From Dicyema japonicum (Eukaryota; Animalia; Dicyemida), in the NCBI GenBank assembly GCA_011109175.1, contig RDEW01000011.1, forward strand, positions 72,036 through 105,035: a stretch of 33,000 nt of DNA, in the 5' to 3' direction. Both the position numbers and the translations under genes were made by a program. Positions within the stretch are counted from its first letter, which is position 1. The number at the start of each line of letters is the position of its first letter. The notes under the pieces are model-generated. The model saw only the letters and a program-made list of their open reading frames with translations, made no database searches and was not told where the DNA came from. Below are positions 12,514 through 23,420 of this stretch, in pieces.

Positions 12514-13005
12514 ATGGATACTAATGTTGGGTTTGTGTTTGTTAAAATCTTGTAAGAACTCCTGAACATTCTCAGTTCTTTGATGTCATTGATCAAATGA
12601 TTAAAGAGCGGGGTATAGAGGATTACGAGGAATCTATTCCTCACTCACTCCTAGAATTTGCTTATTGTACAAATATATGATAACTCTCACAGCCTACACT
12701 TCCAACATTTTACAGGAAGCTCGTGCCGCCTCAATTCACGCAGGTAAAAAGACAGTCGACATTGATGACGTCAGACTTGGAATTTCGCTAAAAAACGAGA
12801 GTAGCAAGAAAACTGTAACTTCTAAGGAGGTTTCTTACTTATTACATGCCAGAGCATTGAAGAAGTTGTCCAGAGAGTGAACTCCAAACCTCTTGCCCCC
12901 ATTAGAGCCTCTTCTGGCATTCCCCCAGACAGACTGTGTGTACATGCTACTAACTATAAGATTGTCAATGATGACGTTGAAGACGATTTTAACCGTTTTT
13001 CTTAA
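12514..13005 (+). CDS. TAF9: TFIID/SAGA subunit TAF9, ~138 aa, 3 micro-introns
   Basis: Introns 12531-12556, 12667-12692 and 12830-12852. Spliced protein has 'GIEDYEESIPHSLLEFAYSYTSNILQEAR..SIHAGKKTVDIDDVRL' (histone fold) and 'NSKPLAPI..SGIPPDRLCVHATNYKI'. The stop overlaps an AATAAA. Confidence 0.93.
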
Positions 13006-13101
13006 TAAATTTGTTTGATTTTCACTACGTGGATTACCACCTTTACTCGCATTAGTGCTTAAATTTAAGATAATTTGTTTAAAGAAACAGTCAGTCGAGA
13101 G

Positions 13102-13560
13102 TCATATAGCAGCCACCCTGATTGCGTGGCTATTCCCTCTCAGGATGGCTAGCGAGATACTCTCAATTAGCCAGCAGCACTCACGGAGATTTCCTGTTCT
13201 TGTAGAAATCCGATTTTCTATACCAGTGCTACCCAACCTTTTTGTTGTCGCGGACCGGTTAGCGTTAGAATTTACCGCTGTCCGGGGTAGATTATTTACT
13301 TGTAACTTACAAGACAGCCAGCCGCTGTTGAGCAATCACAACAATGGTCACAAGGCACACAACACTAGTGACTAGACTTACTAGGCGTATGACTAATCTT
13401 ATGACAAAGCAAACTGAGATAAAGAACTTTAGAACTGCGAACATATATGCAAACTATATTTCTAGATTGTACTTCTTGCGCGATCGGTACTAATTGGTCT
13501 ACGCCACCAGTCCACAGCGCTAGACGATTCATGAATTCCTGCGTCATAGGCGTAAGGGAA
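13102..13560 (-). mobile_element. Internally deleted CRE-like retroelement remnant
   Basis: C-terminal 'RECCWLIESISLAILRGNSHAI' plus upstream 'NRLALWTGG...QEVQSR'. Confidence 0.6.
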
Positions 13561-13839
13561 CCAGACGTGTGAAATTGATAAAATTATTAATGATATCACT
13601 GAGAATTTATATGGTCGGGTTTAATTTTATGCAACACATTTTATGAATTTATAGAAGTCTGAGTAGTATATTGGTAAATATTTCCTAATAGCAGTGAGTG
13701 CTCAATAGTGCCAAATGTTAGAGACAAAATATATCAATCGAAGTAAATAAGACAATTTTTATTGCAAAATAGATTAGTAATAAAAATTTCAGATATTCAG
13801 ATATTTTCGTTATAAAGCAATCGTAAATGTTGTTCTATT

Positions 13840-14065
13840 TTATTAGCAGAAGCAAACTTCTATTTTATTAGCAGAAAATAACAGTTTACTTGAAAAATGT
13901 ACAGAGAAAGAAATTGCCCTCAGAACACTCGAGTCTTTCATAGAAGCAACTGGAAGCAATTTCAGAAGAGGAGGGAAAAAAGACCAGTATAGAAAATGTG
14001 TGGGGTCACGGTTGGAGCATCGAGAAAAGATAGCCCGATTATTGAGAGATGCCGGGATCACTTAA
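13840..14065 (+). mobile_element. LINE 3'-end fragment ('...LRDAGIT*' family)
   Basis: Ends with gagagatgccgggatcacttaa, similar to the ends at ~8700, ~26515 and ~27795. Confidence 0.5.
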
Positions 14066-14479
14066 ATATTAGTTAGTGGTTAAGACGGTGTTTCTTTGGC
14101 TTAAATGTAGTATTTCCGAAATCCCAGTCATTTGAAGTTTTTTGGAAATACATTTATTCACTTCACAAGGATTAATTTGAAATGAATCTCTTGTAGGACC
14201 AAAAATGCTTCTATTAAATAATCTTTACGTTCTGTTTTAAAATTAACTATATAAGTCCCAAATTAGGTGCAATACTGCTCAAACTTTCAATCAGTGTCGA
14301 ACATAGGGCAGAATCAATACATGTAGAATTCACAAAAGAGATCGTTTTTGGGAAAGGCACCATCACTATCAAACTAATTATGTACCTGTTCCCTCTTATT
14401 TGCGCTTCATCAATAATACGAAAAATATATTGTCCACTATAACAATTATTTTAATGAAAAACTTTAAGCGGACAATAAT

Positions 14480-14720
14480 TTCATTTACTTTTTTGCTAGA
14501 AACCTGTTTCACGCAAAGCCTACTGTTGTTTCAGGTGATGATGGGTATGTTTCCTCTTCAAAAAGGTGTAACAAAGAAGGGTGCCTCATCTTATAGAGAG
14601 GAATATTTGCTTCTACAAATCCCTTCGTAACTCTCAGTGGCTAACTTATACAATTACAGGGAGTATTCGACAAGAATGTCTACACACTTCTAATCGAGCC
14701 CATATCATCTAAAAATAAAA
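14480..14720 (+). mobile_element. Possible Merlin/IS1595-like transposase N-terminal remnant
   Basis: 'RCNKEGC' Cys pattern resembles the N-terminus of the neighbouring Merlin fragment; heavily decayed. Confidence 0.35.
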
Positions 14721-14859
14721 ATATTGATGCTTTGGTTCTTATTTAGTTGATGACAGCCACTTTCCTGAAACAAAAAAAATATGATAATTTTTTAGTTAAA
14801 AATTAAGGTTCTTTTTTAATACATGCTTCACGAAATAAGGCTTTAAATGAATTAATGAA

Positions 14860-15500
14860 ATTTTATTGAATATTAGATCTAAAAATAAAAAAACAATGCC
14901 TGTTCCCGTGCGATATTTCGCTGTATAGCCGCTGTTAGAGTACTTTTCGACCTCAGGAACCATCTCTAGGAAACAGTCTTTACTTCCCCGACAAATTCCC
15001 CCAGAGTTCATTTTCCAATTCCACCTATACAATCTAATAATACACTAATACCAATCAGTGTGTTCGGACGATTAGCTAAATAATCAGCACAAACCTCTCG
15101 CAGAGAGTGAGACCGATTACAAATTGTGTAGTTGCACCATTCCAGTTGACGCCGACACCATAAAATTGAGTGTCTGTCGAAGCTCCACATATATATGAAA
15201 CGAATACATGTTTGTAAGGAAACTGTCGTGTCTTTAAGCCACGTACCTAAAAATCAAGTACTCTATTATTTTACCGTTTCTGGCAGAACTACAAGTTCGA
15301 CACCCGCTTTTATCACACACCCATATTGTATTCTCCCGCTGATGGAGAAGGGTCATCGAATGTCTTTTAGGGCATTTCTTTTCTTTCTGGAAGATTCCAA
15401 CCTCATAAAGGAAGGCAACTGACTCCATTCAGAATGTGGTAGTTCGTAGTCGTCAGTTTTGAATATTTTCGCATAACAACTATATCACTCATCCCCACAA
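14860..15500 (-). mobile_element. Merlin/IS1595-like transposase remnant
   Basis: 'KKCPKRHSMTL...WVCDKSGC', 'LREVCADYL...IG' and 'GGICRGSKDCFLEMVP' are typical Merlin motifs. Confidence 0.7.
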
Positions 15501-15542
15501 ACCGGTAAAAAATTCAAAATTTTATTTAAAAAAATTATACAA

Positions 15543-16242
15543 GAGCATGTCGGTTGATCATTTAGCACTCGATGTGGATCATGCTCTGCCACGACTATGT
15601 GTGGAGGCATAACGAGGTAGTAAGGAGTCTTCATCTTCAACTATGCAATAAGTATGATATTCGCCACACCAGAAAGTTGCGGAGTCATAAGGTGCAATCT
15701 GTAGTAGAGAACACCAGGGTCCAAATTAAGGTAGACAGTGTTATCCGTACCTTGGTGCTAGTCAAGCACATTAAACCAGACATTGTGGTACACGATAAGG
15801 AGTCTACCCAAGTCCTTATCATAGAGGTTGGCATTATGTCTCAAGGTTGGCAGACTGTGGAGGTGGAGAAAAAAAGGAAGTATGACTTGCTTGCAAACAA
15901 GATGGGGCAGATGCTTGGTTGCAAGGTCCACGTTATTCCAATAGTAATGACGTGGGAAGGAGTTTCAACAAAGTACCACAAAGGTTATCTGAAGCAGTTA
16001 GAACTAGATAGAAAGCTCCAGGCCTATCTACAATCCACTGTATTAAAGCGGACCATAGAGAGCCTGACACGGGAGTATAGGAGGCAGAGCCCGGAGATGC
16101 CATATCGACAGAGGGTTCAATTGGACAAGGCGGTCTCGGAGTTGTTTCAGCAACCAAAATCTGAGGAGGCTGGCGAACAGGCAGGCGAGGAAGGTTATTG
16201 ATTATTAAATATTAACTTTTTATTGTTGGTTAAATAAAGTGG
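15543..16242 (+). mobile_element. 5'-truncated second copy of the REL retrotransposon at 9624-12437 (inverted orientation)
   Basis: Near-identical DNA and protein (RHNEVVRSLHL...KPDIVVHDKES...EKKRKYD) and the same 3' UTR. It retains 14 nt that copy 1 has lost near 10120. Confidence 0.93.
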
Positions 16243-16329
16243 TTTTTATCTATTAATTTTTTAAATTTTTTACTTACAAATTTACTATGTTGTGAGTACT
16301 ATTCATGTGGAAAATAATTAATCTATTTA

Positions 16330-16960
16330 ATCTTCCTCAAAATAAAGAAGCTATTAAATCTTTAAAAGTAAATGTGATTTTTCCCAAGAAATATATTGTA
16401 AAAAGGACATTCTATGGTCATTAAAGCAGCAAAGTGGTTTTGTTCAAAGAGAAAATGTAGGATAAATATTAGGATGTGATCTGGTATTATTCGTGGTTAC
16501 ATATCTTAGGTTACATGCTTAGAGAAGTCTAGGGCGAATATTGAAGATGCTATTCGCTTTATTTTTATGTGGAGTTCTAAGATTGTGACGCAGAGAATAG
16601 TCAAAAACAATCTTGACTGGAGTTTGACGACAACAGCAGACTGGCAAATGCTTATGGGTTAGGTCTGTGCACATGAATTAATTACCTCGTTTAAATAATC
16701 GGTTTAATTCACTTTAGGTGGTGAAGGGATGATAGTAGAAATAGATGAAAGTCTATTTTTTAAGCGAAAAATAATTCTGGACGATTATTCACCCAGCAAT
16801 GGATTTTTGGAGGAATTTGCTGTAAACTAAAGAATGTTTCCTTATGGAAATTCTAACGAAAGCGATAATCGGAAATGTGGCAGATGGCTCAGCACTCATA
16901 TCAGACTGTTGGCGAGGATAATTTCAGACTGACCAACTTTTTCGCATGTGACAGAAATAG
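16330..16960 (+). mobile_element. Merlin/IS1595-like transposase remnant
   Basis: 'LGGEGMIVEIDESLFFKRK', 'QQWIFGGIC' and 'GSALISDCWRGY'. Confidence 0.85.
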
Positions 16961-17892
16961 GCGAAGTTCTTACAAAGCGGAGGAATTCAGCTCCTCAAAT
17001 ACAATCGTGAGTAGAGGGTAGATCTATAAACTTGTACTGTCCACCATGCGAAGAATTGACCGTTAATTGACTTGGTGGAGCATCGACACAAACAGCTCGT
17101 CAGTAAACTTCCAAGTAATCAGTCATTTCAAAAAAAAATTATAATTTAACTTTTCTGCAAATCGACAAATTTACTCCCATTTTCTATATCCGCGATAAAG
17201 ACGAATACAAAAATTGTCAAGCTTTCAATTCTATAGACATTCCATCATTCCTTCTAAGTAAACTTCCAAGTTCGAACACAAAGTATCCACGCTTCTTTGG
17301 CTGAAAGCTTTGTATATCTAATCTTTCCACTATTCCGTCCATCGACAAGAAAATAGGGAACGGAGGTTGTATCCGCCGTGATTCTATATTTTGTCTTTAA
17401 GATCGATTCGATAGCGATCTGATATGGTAGGATATCAGAGATGGAATGAAATTACAAAAACTAACGATAAAACTAAAATAACTGATCCCATGATCCTGAT
17501 GTGCTCCAATAGATCCTCATCTAGACACAGTGATCGGAAGACATTGTTCGGTCAAAGCCAGAACTTGTAACCAGGGAGCACGTGAATGTTAAAAATTATC
17601 TTTGTCAAGTTATGATATCTGGAATCTTTTCCTTGATATTGTAAGACACCTCCTTATATCGATTAATTCAGGATGCGAGACAAACTAAGCATTGACACCG
17701 GAAGATGACGCTTATGCTCATTCTAGTGGCTCTAGTTATTATTTATTTACTCCCGCTTCCTCCAAGTGAAGGCAACCCGTGTCTAAAACTTAACTACCAA
17801 TGACGAATGTTCCCAGAGATCCAAAGACGGGCTAGGACACGAGAAAAGAGTTTTAGAAAAGTATTTTTGACAAAAAACTAGTAAAAAATATG

Positions 17893-17928
17893 TTGGGGGT
17901 CCGCGACCAAAAAGGTTGAGAACCACTG
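17893..17928 (-). mobile_element. Solo hAT (Charlie-type) terminal inverted repeat
   Basis: Minus strand reads CAGTGGTTCTCAACCTTTTTGGTCGCGGACCCC, the hAT-Charlie/MER-like terminus pattern; no partner end found. Confidence 0.7.
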
Positions 17929-18647
17929 GCCTAAAGGATTCCTGTACTTCCATGAATGTCAATTCATCTCCCAGTCAATTTACAACCAAGGACTCGGAAC
18001 CATTCATACGTCTTATCTCCGAGCGACGTTCTTCACGGACTCTCGCTACGAGGATTCCAAAGACCGCACGACCTTTAGCTGCTTTTCCAAAGGGCCTCCT
18101 CATTCCAATATTATCGAGGATACCTTCCGGACTAATTCGACACAGAACTAGGTCTGCTCAGTTTTGATTCTTCTGTTCTGGGACTCCCCTGAGATTTTCA
18201 CCAAAAGGGGTCTCTTACTGTTGCCATAAAGAACGTTCTTTTGTCAAAGGAATTCACTTTCCATACTACCCTACGTCTTTTAACTAAGTACGAGAGACTC
18301 GGAGATCGTCTTTTAACTAAGTACAGAAATTTTTTCTCTCAAAAGAACGGCTTGTTCGAAGCTATTAAAAGGTAAAACTCGTGCTGTTATCAAGTCACTT
18401 TTTTCTTCAAAAACTAAACATTATGTTGAACAAGCACCTACCACTCCTCACAATCTGTCCCCTGTCACTTTTCCAGCATAGTGAATGTCCAGACCCCATC
18501 AAGTGATGAAATACGTTCTGTAATACGGAATTTTGCCCCAGTAGTAACGGGGGTCTTGAAAGAATGAGAGTGGGTCATCTGAATAAACCTAACTTCTCAG
18601 TCAGTTGAAGATCCATGATATCGTATCGTAAATTCAATTGCATCACT

Positions 18648-19404
18648 NNNNNNNNNNNNNNNNNNNNNNNNNNNNNNNNNNNNNNNNNNNNNNNNNNNNN
18701 NNNNNNNNNNNNNNNNNNNNNNNNNNNNNNNNNNNNNNNNNNNNNNNNNNNNNNNNNNNNNNNNNNNNNNNNNNNNNNNNNNNNNNNNNNNNNNNNNNNN
18801 NNNNNNNNNNNNNNNNNNNNNNNNNNNNNNNNNNNNNNNNNNNNNNNNNNNNNNNNNNNNNNNNNNNNNNNNNNNNNNNNNNNNNNNNNNNNNNNNNNNN
18901 NNNNNNNNNNNNNNNNNNNNNNNNNNNNNNNNNNNNNNNNNNNNNNNNNNNNNNNNNNNNNNNNNNNNNNNNNNNNNNNNNNNNNNNNNNNNNNNNNNNN
19001 NNNNNNNNNNNNNNNNNNNNNNNNNNNNNNNNNNNNNNNNNNNNNNNNNNNNNNNNNNNNNNNNNNNNNNNNNNNNNNNNNNNNNNNNNNNNNNNNNNNN
19101 NNNNNNNNNNNNNNNNNNNNNNNNNNNNNNNNNNNNNNNNNNNNNNNNNNNNNNNNNNNNNNNNNNNNNNNNNNNNNNNNNNNNNNNNNNNNNNNNNNNN
19201 NNNNNNNNNNNNNNNNNNNNNNNNNNNNNNNNNNNNNNNNNNNNNNNNNNNNNNNNNNNNNNNNNNNNNNNNNNNNNNNNNNNNNNNNNNNNNNNNNNNN
19301 NNNNNNNNNNNNNNNNNNNNNNNNNNNNNNNNNNNNNNNNNNNNNNNNNNNNNNNNNNNNNNNNNNNNNNNNNNNNNNNNNNNNNNNNNNNNNNNNNNNN
19401 NNNN
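18648..19404. other. Assembly gap
   Basis: Run of N. Confidence 1.
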
Positions 19405-21131
19405 TGGAAACGTTCAAACACCGACTTTGACACTACGGTAGAGTCCAGGCAACACAAAGTGAGTTTATTCTCCACCAGATCACTCTTTTGTGAGTACTCT
19501 GCGGGCTCAATCACTACCATAAAGACATTCTGGGCCTCATGGACCAGCAGACTGCCAAGTCTGGCTAGTTTGAGGGTCGCCTGGATGTCTTCGATGTCAC
19601 CCAAACTGAGCGTCTCCAGCATTGAGGAGAGTCGGGAGGGGCAAAATCTTGATAATAAATAAGCGGATTACTTCAGCGGTCTCGAGTTAATTAAGGCGGT
19701 TTTTTTCAAATCTTTGGTGAACACGTTGGCAGTCTCTTTGATCACAAAGTCGCTCTCCATTCGGTACTTCAAATAGTTGAGGAACCTGAGGAGGAAATGA
19801 AGAAAGTGGTCAGCCTGGCGGATATTCCCGGGCACAGACTCTGAGATTACAGAGCCATATACCTTGTAGGAGATCATCGGAGCACACTAAGAAGTTAGTA
19901 AAAAACGCACTTGGGTTAAAAGAGACAGTTTCTGGTTTTCCTCGATTCTGGATCCTCGCAATTAGCCGATTATACTCCTCTTTCAGCACGTGGACGTCGG
20001 TCTTCTTGATCCTCAACATAAAAAGAACCAGGAAACAGTTCAAGTTTCTTCTCAAGCATGTGCAGACTCTTCTCCACCTGGATCACGTTTTTCATGGTCT
20101 TCTTGATCCTCAACATAAAAAGAACCAGGAAACAGTTCAAGTTTCTTCTCAAGCATGTGCAGACTATTCTCCACCTGGATCACGTTTTTCATGGTGAATT
20201 CAACAGTCAGGGCGTCGACGCATACGTTATCTGGGTTCGGGGACCAATCTACCGATGTTGTGAGCCTCATCGAAGACTACAACAGAATTCCGCGACAGTC
20301 CCTTCACCACCTGACCGGCTACGTGGGGGTCTAGCAGATAACAGTAATTGAAGACTACAATCTGGGCCTTCGATAGCTAAAATGAGAAAAAGAAAATCGA
20401 CCAAATTACGTGCCAAAAAGTAAGGGCAGACCCCTCGTTGTCTCCCAAATTCCTTCAAATCGTCCTAAATCAGTAATTTTACCAGAAAACCAGGTCATAT
20501 ACGCCAAATGGAAGTGAGACCGACCCCAAGGCCTATAATTAGAGTCAAGTAAACTTCAAAGAACGGACAGACTGGAACCGATTGATCCTTATGAGCTTGA
20601 TCCCTGTTGGCCTGGCAAGTCAAGTTATAACATTTATAGTCCACAGTCTTGTCTCCACGTGCTTGGGAAACCTAAAATCAGAAACTGGAATCACTTGGGG
20701 GTTAATGCAAAGGTTTTTTCGGGCACTGAGAGCAACAGCGGTGAGTGGAATCTCCTTTCTGAGAACCTTTCGATAGTACTTTAGAATTCGACTGAGTTCG
20801 CTGATTGTCTGGGGTAAAAAAAACTGATCAACCTTGTTTAGCTCGGGGACTGTTCTAGAACAGTATATGATGCTGTCAATCTTCCCAGGATAGTGCTGTA
20901 AATTAGCTGTGTTGGCATACAAAGTAGTAGGCGACCAACAAGGAGAGAATTGTGACAGTTTTTCCAGTGCCCGAAGACATTTCAAGGATGGAGTGTCCCC
21001 GCTGGTCTAGAGATCTCTTCAATTGGACCATGTAAGCGAATTGCTCGGGGTAAATATATTGGTAAGGAAATAGAACTTCTAGATCTTCAATTTTGAATCT
21101 ATTTTGTGTTGTATTAAATTCCCAACCTCAT
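19405..21131 (-). CDS. ERCC2: TFIIH helicase XPD/RAD3, 5' part (runs into the gap), ~12 micro-introns
   Basis: Spliced N-terminus [45 protein letters not shown], then 'YCSRTVPE', four Fe-S cysteines (NLC, YKC, VCPFFE, VCPYF), 'FDEAHNIDNVC', '[11 protein letters not shown]', 'PLRFC' and 'CLDS...VFERF'. Introns are 22-28 nt; the first (21099-21126) follows only 5 coding nt. Confidence 0.97.
19999..20195. repeat. 97-bp tandem duplication inside XPD (1 mismatch)
   Basis: 19999-20095 versus 20096-20192, with a 3-nt junction microhomology. Confidence 0.95.
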
Positions 21132-21225
21132 TCAATGTGATTTTAAAAATATTTATTTTTCAAATTACTAATTATTAAAATTTAAAATAATTAATTAATT
21201 AGTATCTATTTTTGTGGCTTATTTA
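21132..21225. promoter_or_regulatory. Putative bidirectional promoter (94 bp between divergent ATGs)
   Basis: Very AT-rich spacer between the XPD ATG (21131, -) and the C12orf4 ATG (21226, +). Confidence 0.65.
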
Positions 21226-22921
21226 ATGGTCAGTCACCAATTTGATTTTTCGTACATTTTGGATTCAAAAAAACATAACCTTTCCGTAACCCCGGAATTT
21301 CCCATTAATAAGACAGAATTTATTCAAAAAATCGTCAAACAGTTCAAAATTCCTTGTTTTCTGATCAAGGGTATATCATTTGCTTTATTTTTATATTTGG
21401 AGGACAGTTTAGAAGGTTTTTTGCTTAAAGTCGAAGCTTTGGAATATTCTGCAACAATCCATAAACTTTTCCCTTCTATTGACTCCCAAATGATCGAATC
21501 ATTGTCCACCTCGCTTACGAAAAAGTATACAGAGGTCATTCTACTCTTAATTTTCAGAATTGGTTGAACTTTGCTGGACCGACAAATAACGGAGATTCCA
21601 AAAACGACCAGTTTAAGCAAAACTTTGATAAACTACTAAAATCTCACGTGGACTCTCTTATCCATATTGAAAACGATATGGTCAACGAAATGAACCGTCT
21701 TTATTCTCAAATTGAAATCGAATTTAACCACGTGGCCAAAAAGTTGGAAATTTTAATGATCTAAGCTTTTCCAATGAATTTGCTAAGCAAAACGACCACG
21801 ATGACCAAGCCTTGCAGACTCATCTCTTAAAAGTATGACCTGTCATCACTTTAGGAAGTTGAGGACAGCTGGAAACAACGGATAACATCCAAGAAATCCA
21901 ACCAAAAGTCAGCTTTCGTTAGCCACGTGACCAATATAATCAGCGGTAACAACCAAGTGAAGACTAAACGGAGAAACTCTTCAGATTTAGCGGACTCCCC
22001 GACCATAAACTACATGGAAGAAAGTTTCACCGCGTCTTCTTGTGAGCCATCAAACTAACTATAAGATCCCTCTCATAAGTTCAGCAGCAATATTAGACTG
22101 ATAGCCGACCTCCCCTTTGATTATAGCATCAGATTGGACAACAAGGGGTATGGTTATCTTAACGATCTAGCAACATTTGCTTACCTCAACGTGTTGACAC
22201 TTTGCTGTCTCTTCACACCAATAGGTTTAATGGAATCCTTCTTTTCACAGACGACTTCCTTACCCCAAGTTTAGAGTTCCCAAAAGGTATGGCCACGTTT
22301 CACTGTAGACTTTCTCAGGTCGGCTGATCGTTACTGCGACTTTCTGTTCGACAATGTGTACGCTCAGCTGAAGGACCGGTAAGGGACTCATCTAATCCGA
22401 CAGAATTGGGAAGATGGAAGGAAATATGGGGGATATTATCATTACCAAACACTCTAACCTGAACCAGATCCACGTTGCCTTTCATCTTTTGTCGAATATT
22501 GATGACTTGGTTGACAATATTGATGTAATATTAAGCAATTGGCGGCAATTCAAGTGACTAGCTCAGTTAGTGAAGGGATCAAAAATGTGGTTCAGTTCTG
22601 CTCGAGGCACAACATTCTCCAGCTGACGGTCCCTTTATTCCTCACGTGTTCCTCTGATGTGGTATGGCGGTTTGTTAATTCAGGATTTGGAGAAATACTC
22701 TTATTGGTGCTGTGAAAGGGCTGATTCAGTGCTAAAAATCTTTAGAGGAGCGTTGTATGACTTGTCTATGTCACGTGTCAACATAAACTTTGTGATTCCT
22801 CAGGTGGACTTGAATATTTAGGATTTAGGCAACTTCTGTGAAGCTTTTTGAGAGACTTTCTGCCCTCATTTCTGAGATTTATAAGCAGAAAGTGCTTGTT
22901 TTTGATAAAAACTCGTCTTAG
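21226..22921 (+). CDS. C12orf4: C12orf4/FERRY3-like protein, ~478-486 aa, 10 canonical micro-introns plus one doubtful
   Basis: Removing ten 22-26 nt GT-AG introns gives a 1461-nt stop-free frame containing 'IPCF', 'MEESFT', 'NIRLI', 'GDIIITKHSNLNQIHVAFHL', 'GIKNVVQFCSRHNILQLTVPLFL', 'WCCERADSVLK' and 'INFVIPQ', in the order I recall for human C12orf4. Confidence 0.9.
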
Positions 22922-23034
22922 CATTCTATATTTGTTTTTTTAATAAAATTCAATTATTAACTGAACATTCGAGAATTGATAATCTAAATTTTTAATGTTA
23001 AATAAATTTATTAGGGTAATGAACAAAACAATTA

Positions 23035-23420
23035 TTGCACGGATACGATTTAACTGCATGTCATTCCTGGAGAGCCATCCAGGAGTCTCGTCCACGTCGG
23101 ATAGGACCTTCCCTGTATCGGTCTGGGGTCATTAGGTGGGAACTTCTTTTTCCCTTTTTACTCGGTTATCCTGGGGTAATAATATTTATTGTACTGCCTA
23201 CGTCATGTGATGCCCCCGTCTCAGGTTACGCCCAGTGTCACAATGGCATGAAAAAGAATCTATTGCTATCCCCTACTTCATTGGAAGGGTTCTCACGGCT
23301 GTAAGGATACTTTCGTTTATTTCCGTTGGTTCTCGATGGGCTTGTGTGATATGAAGGTCTCTGTTTGTGAGACGTGAAGACTGGATACATTTAATTAGTA
23401 GTTGACTATTTTTTTTTTCT
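23035..23420 (+). mobile_element. Two stacked retro-3' ends: a LINE tail (to ~23185) and a SINE-like unit (~23198-23420)
   Basis: 23160-23185 matches the ctcgg..cc/ctggg-taataa tail motif; 23198-23410 aligns with 29200-29400. Confidence 0.6.

Noticed and set aside
18575-19441. Long ORFs crossing the N runs (also 27200-27897)
   Set aside because: Artefacts of translating assembly gaps.
20960-20985. XPD Walker A reads MSSGTGKT rather than MPSGTGKT
   Set aside because: A single substitution with GKT intact; not evidence of changed function.
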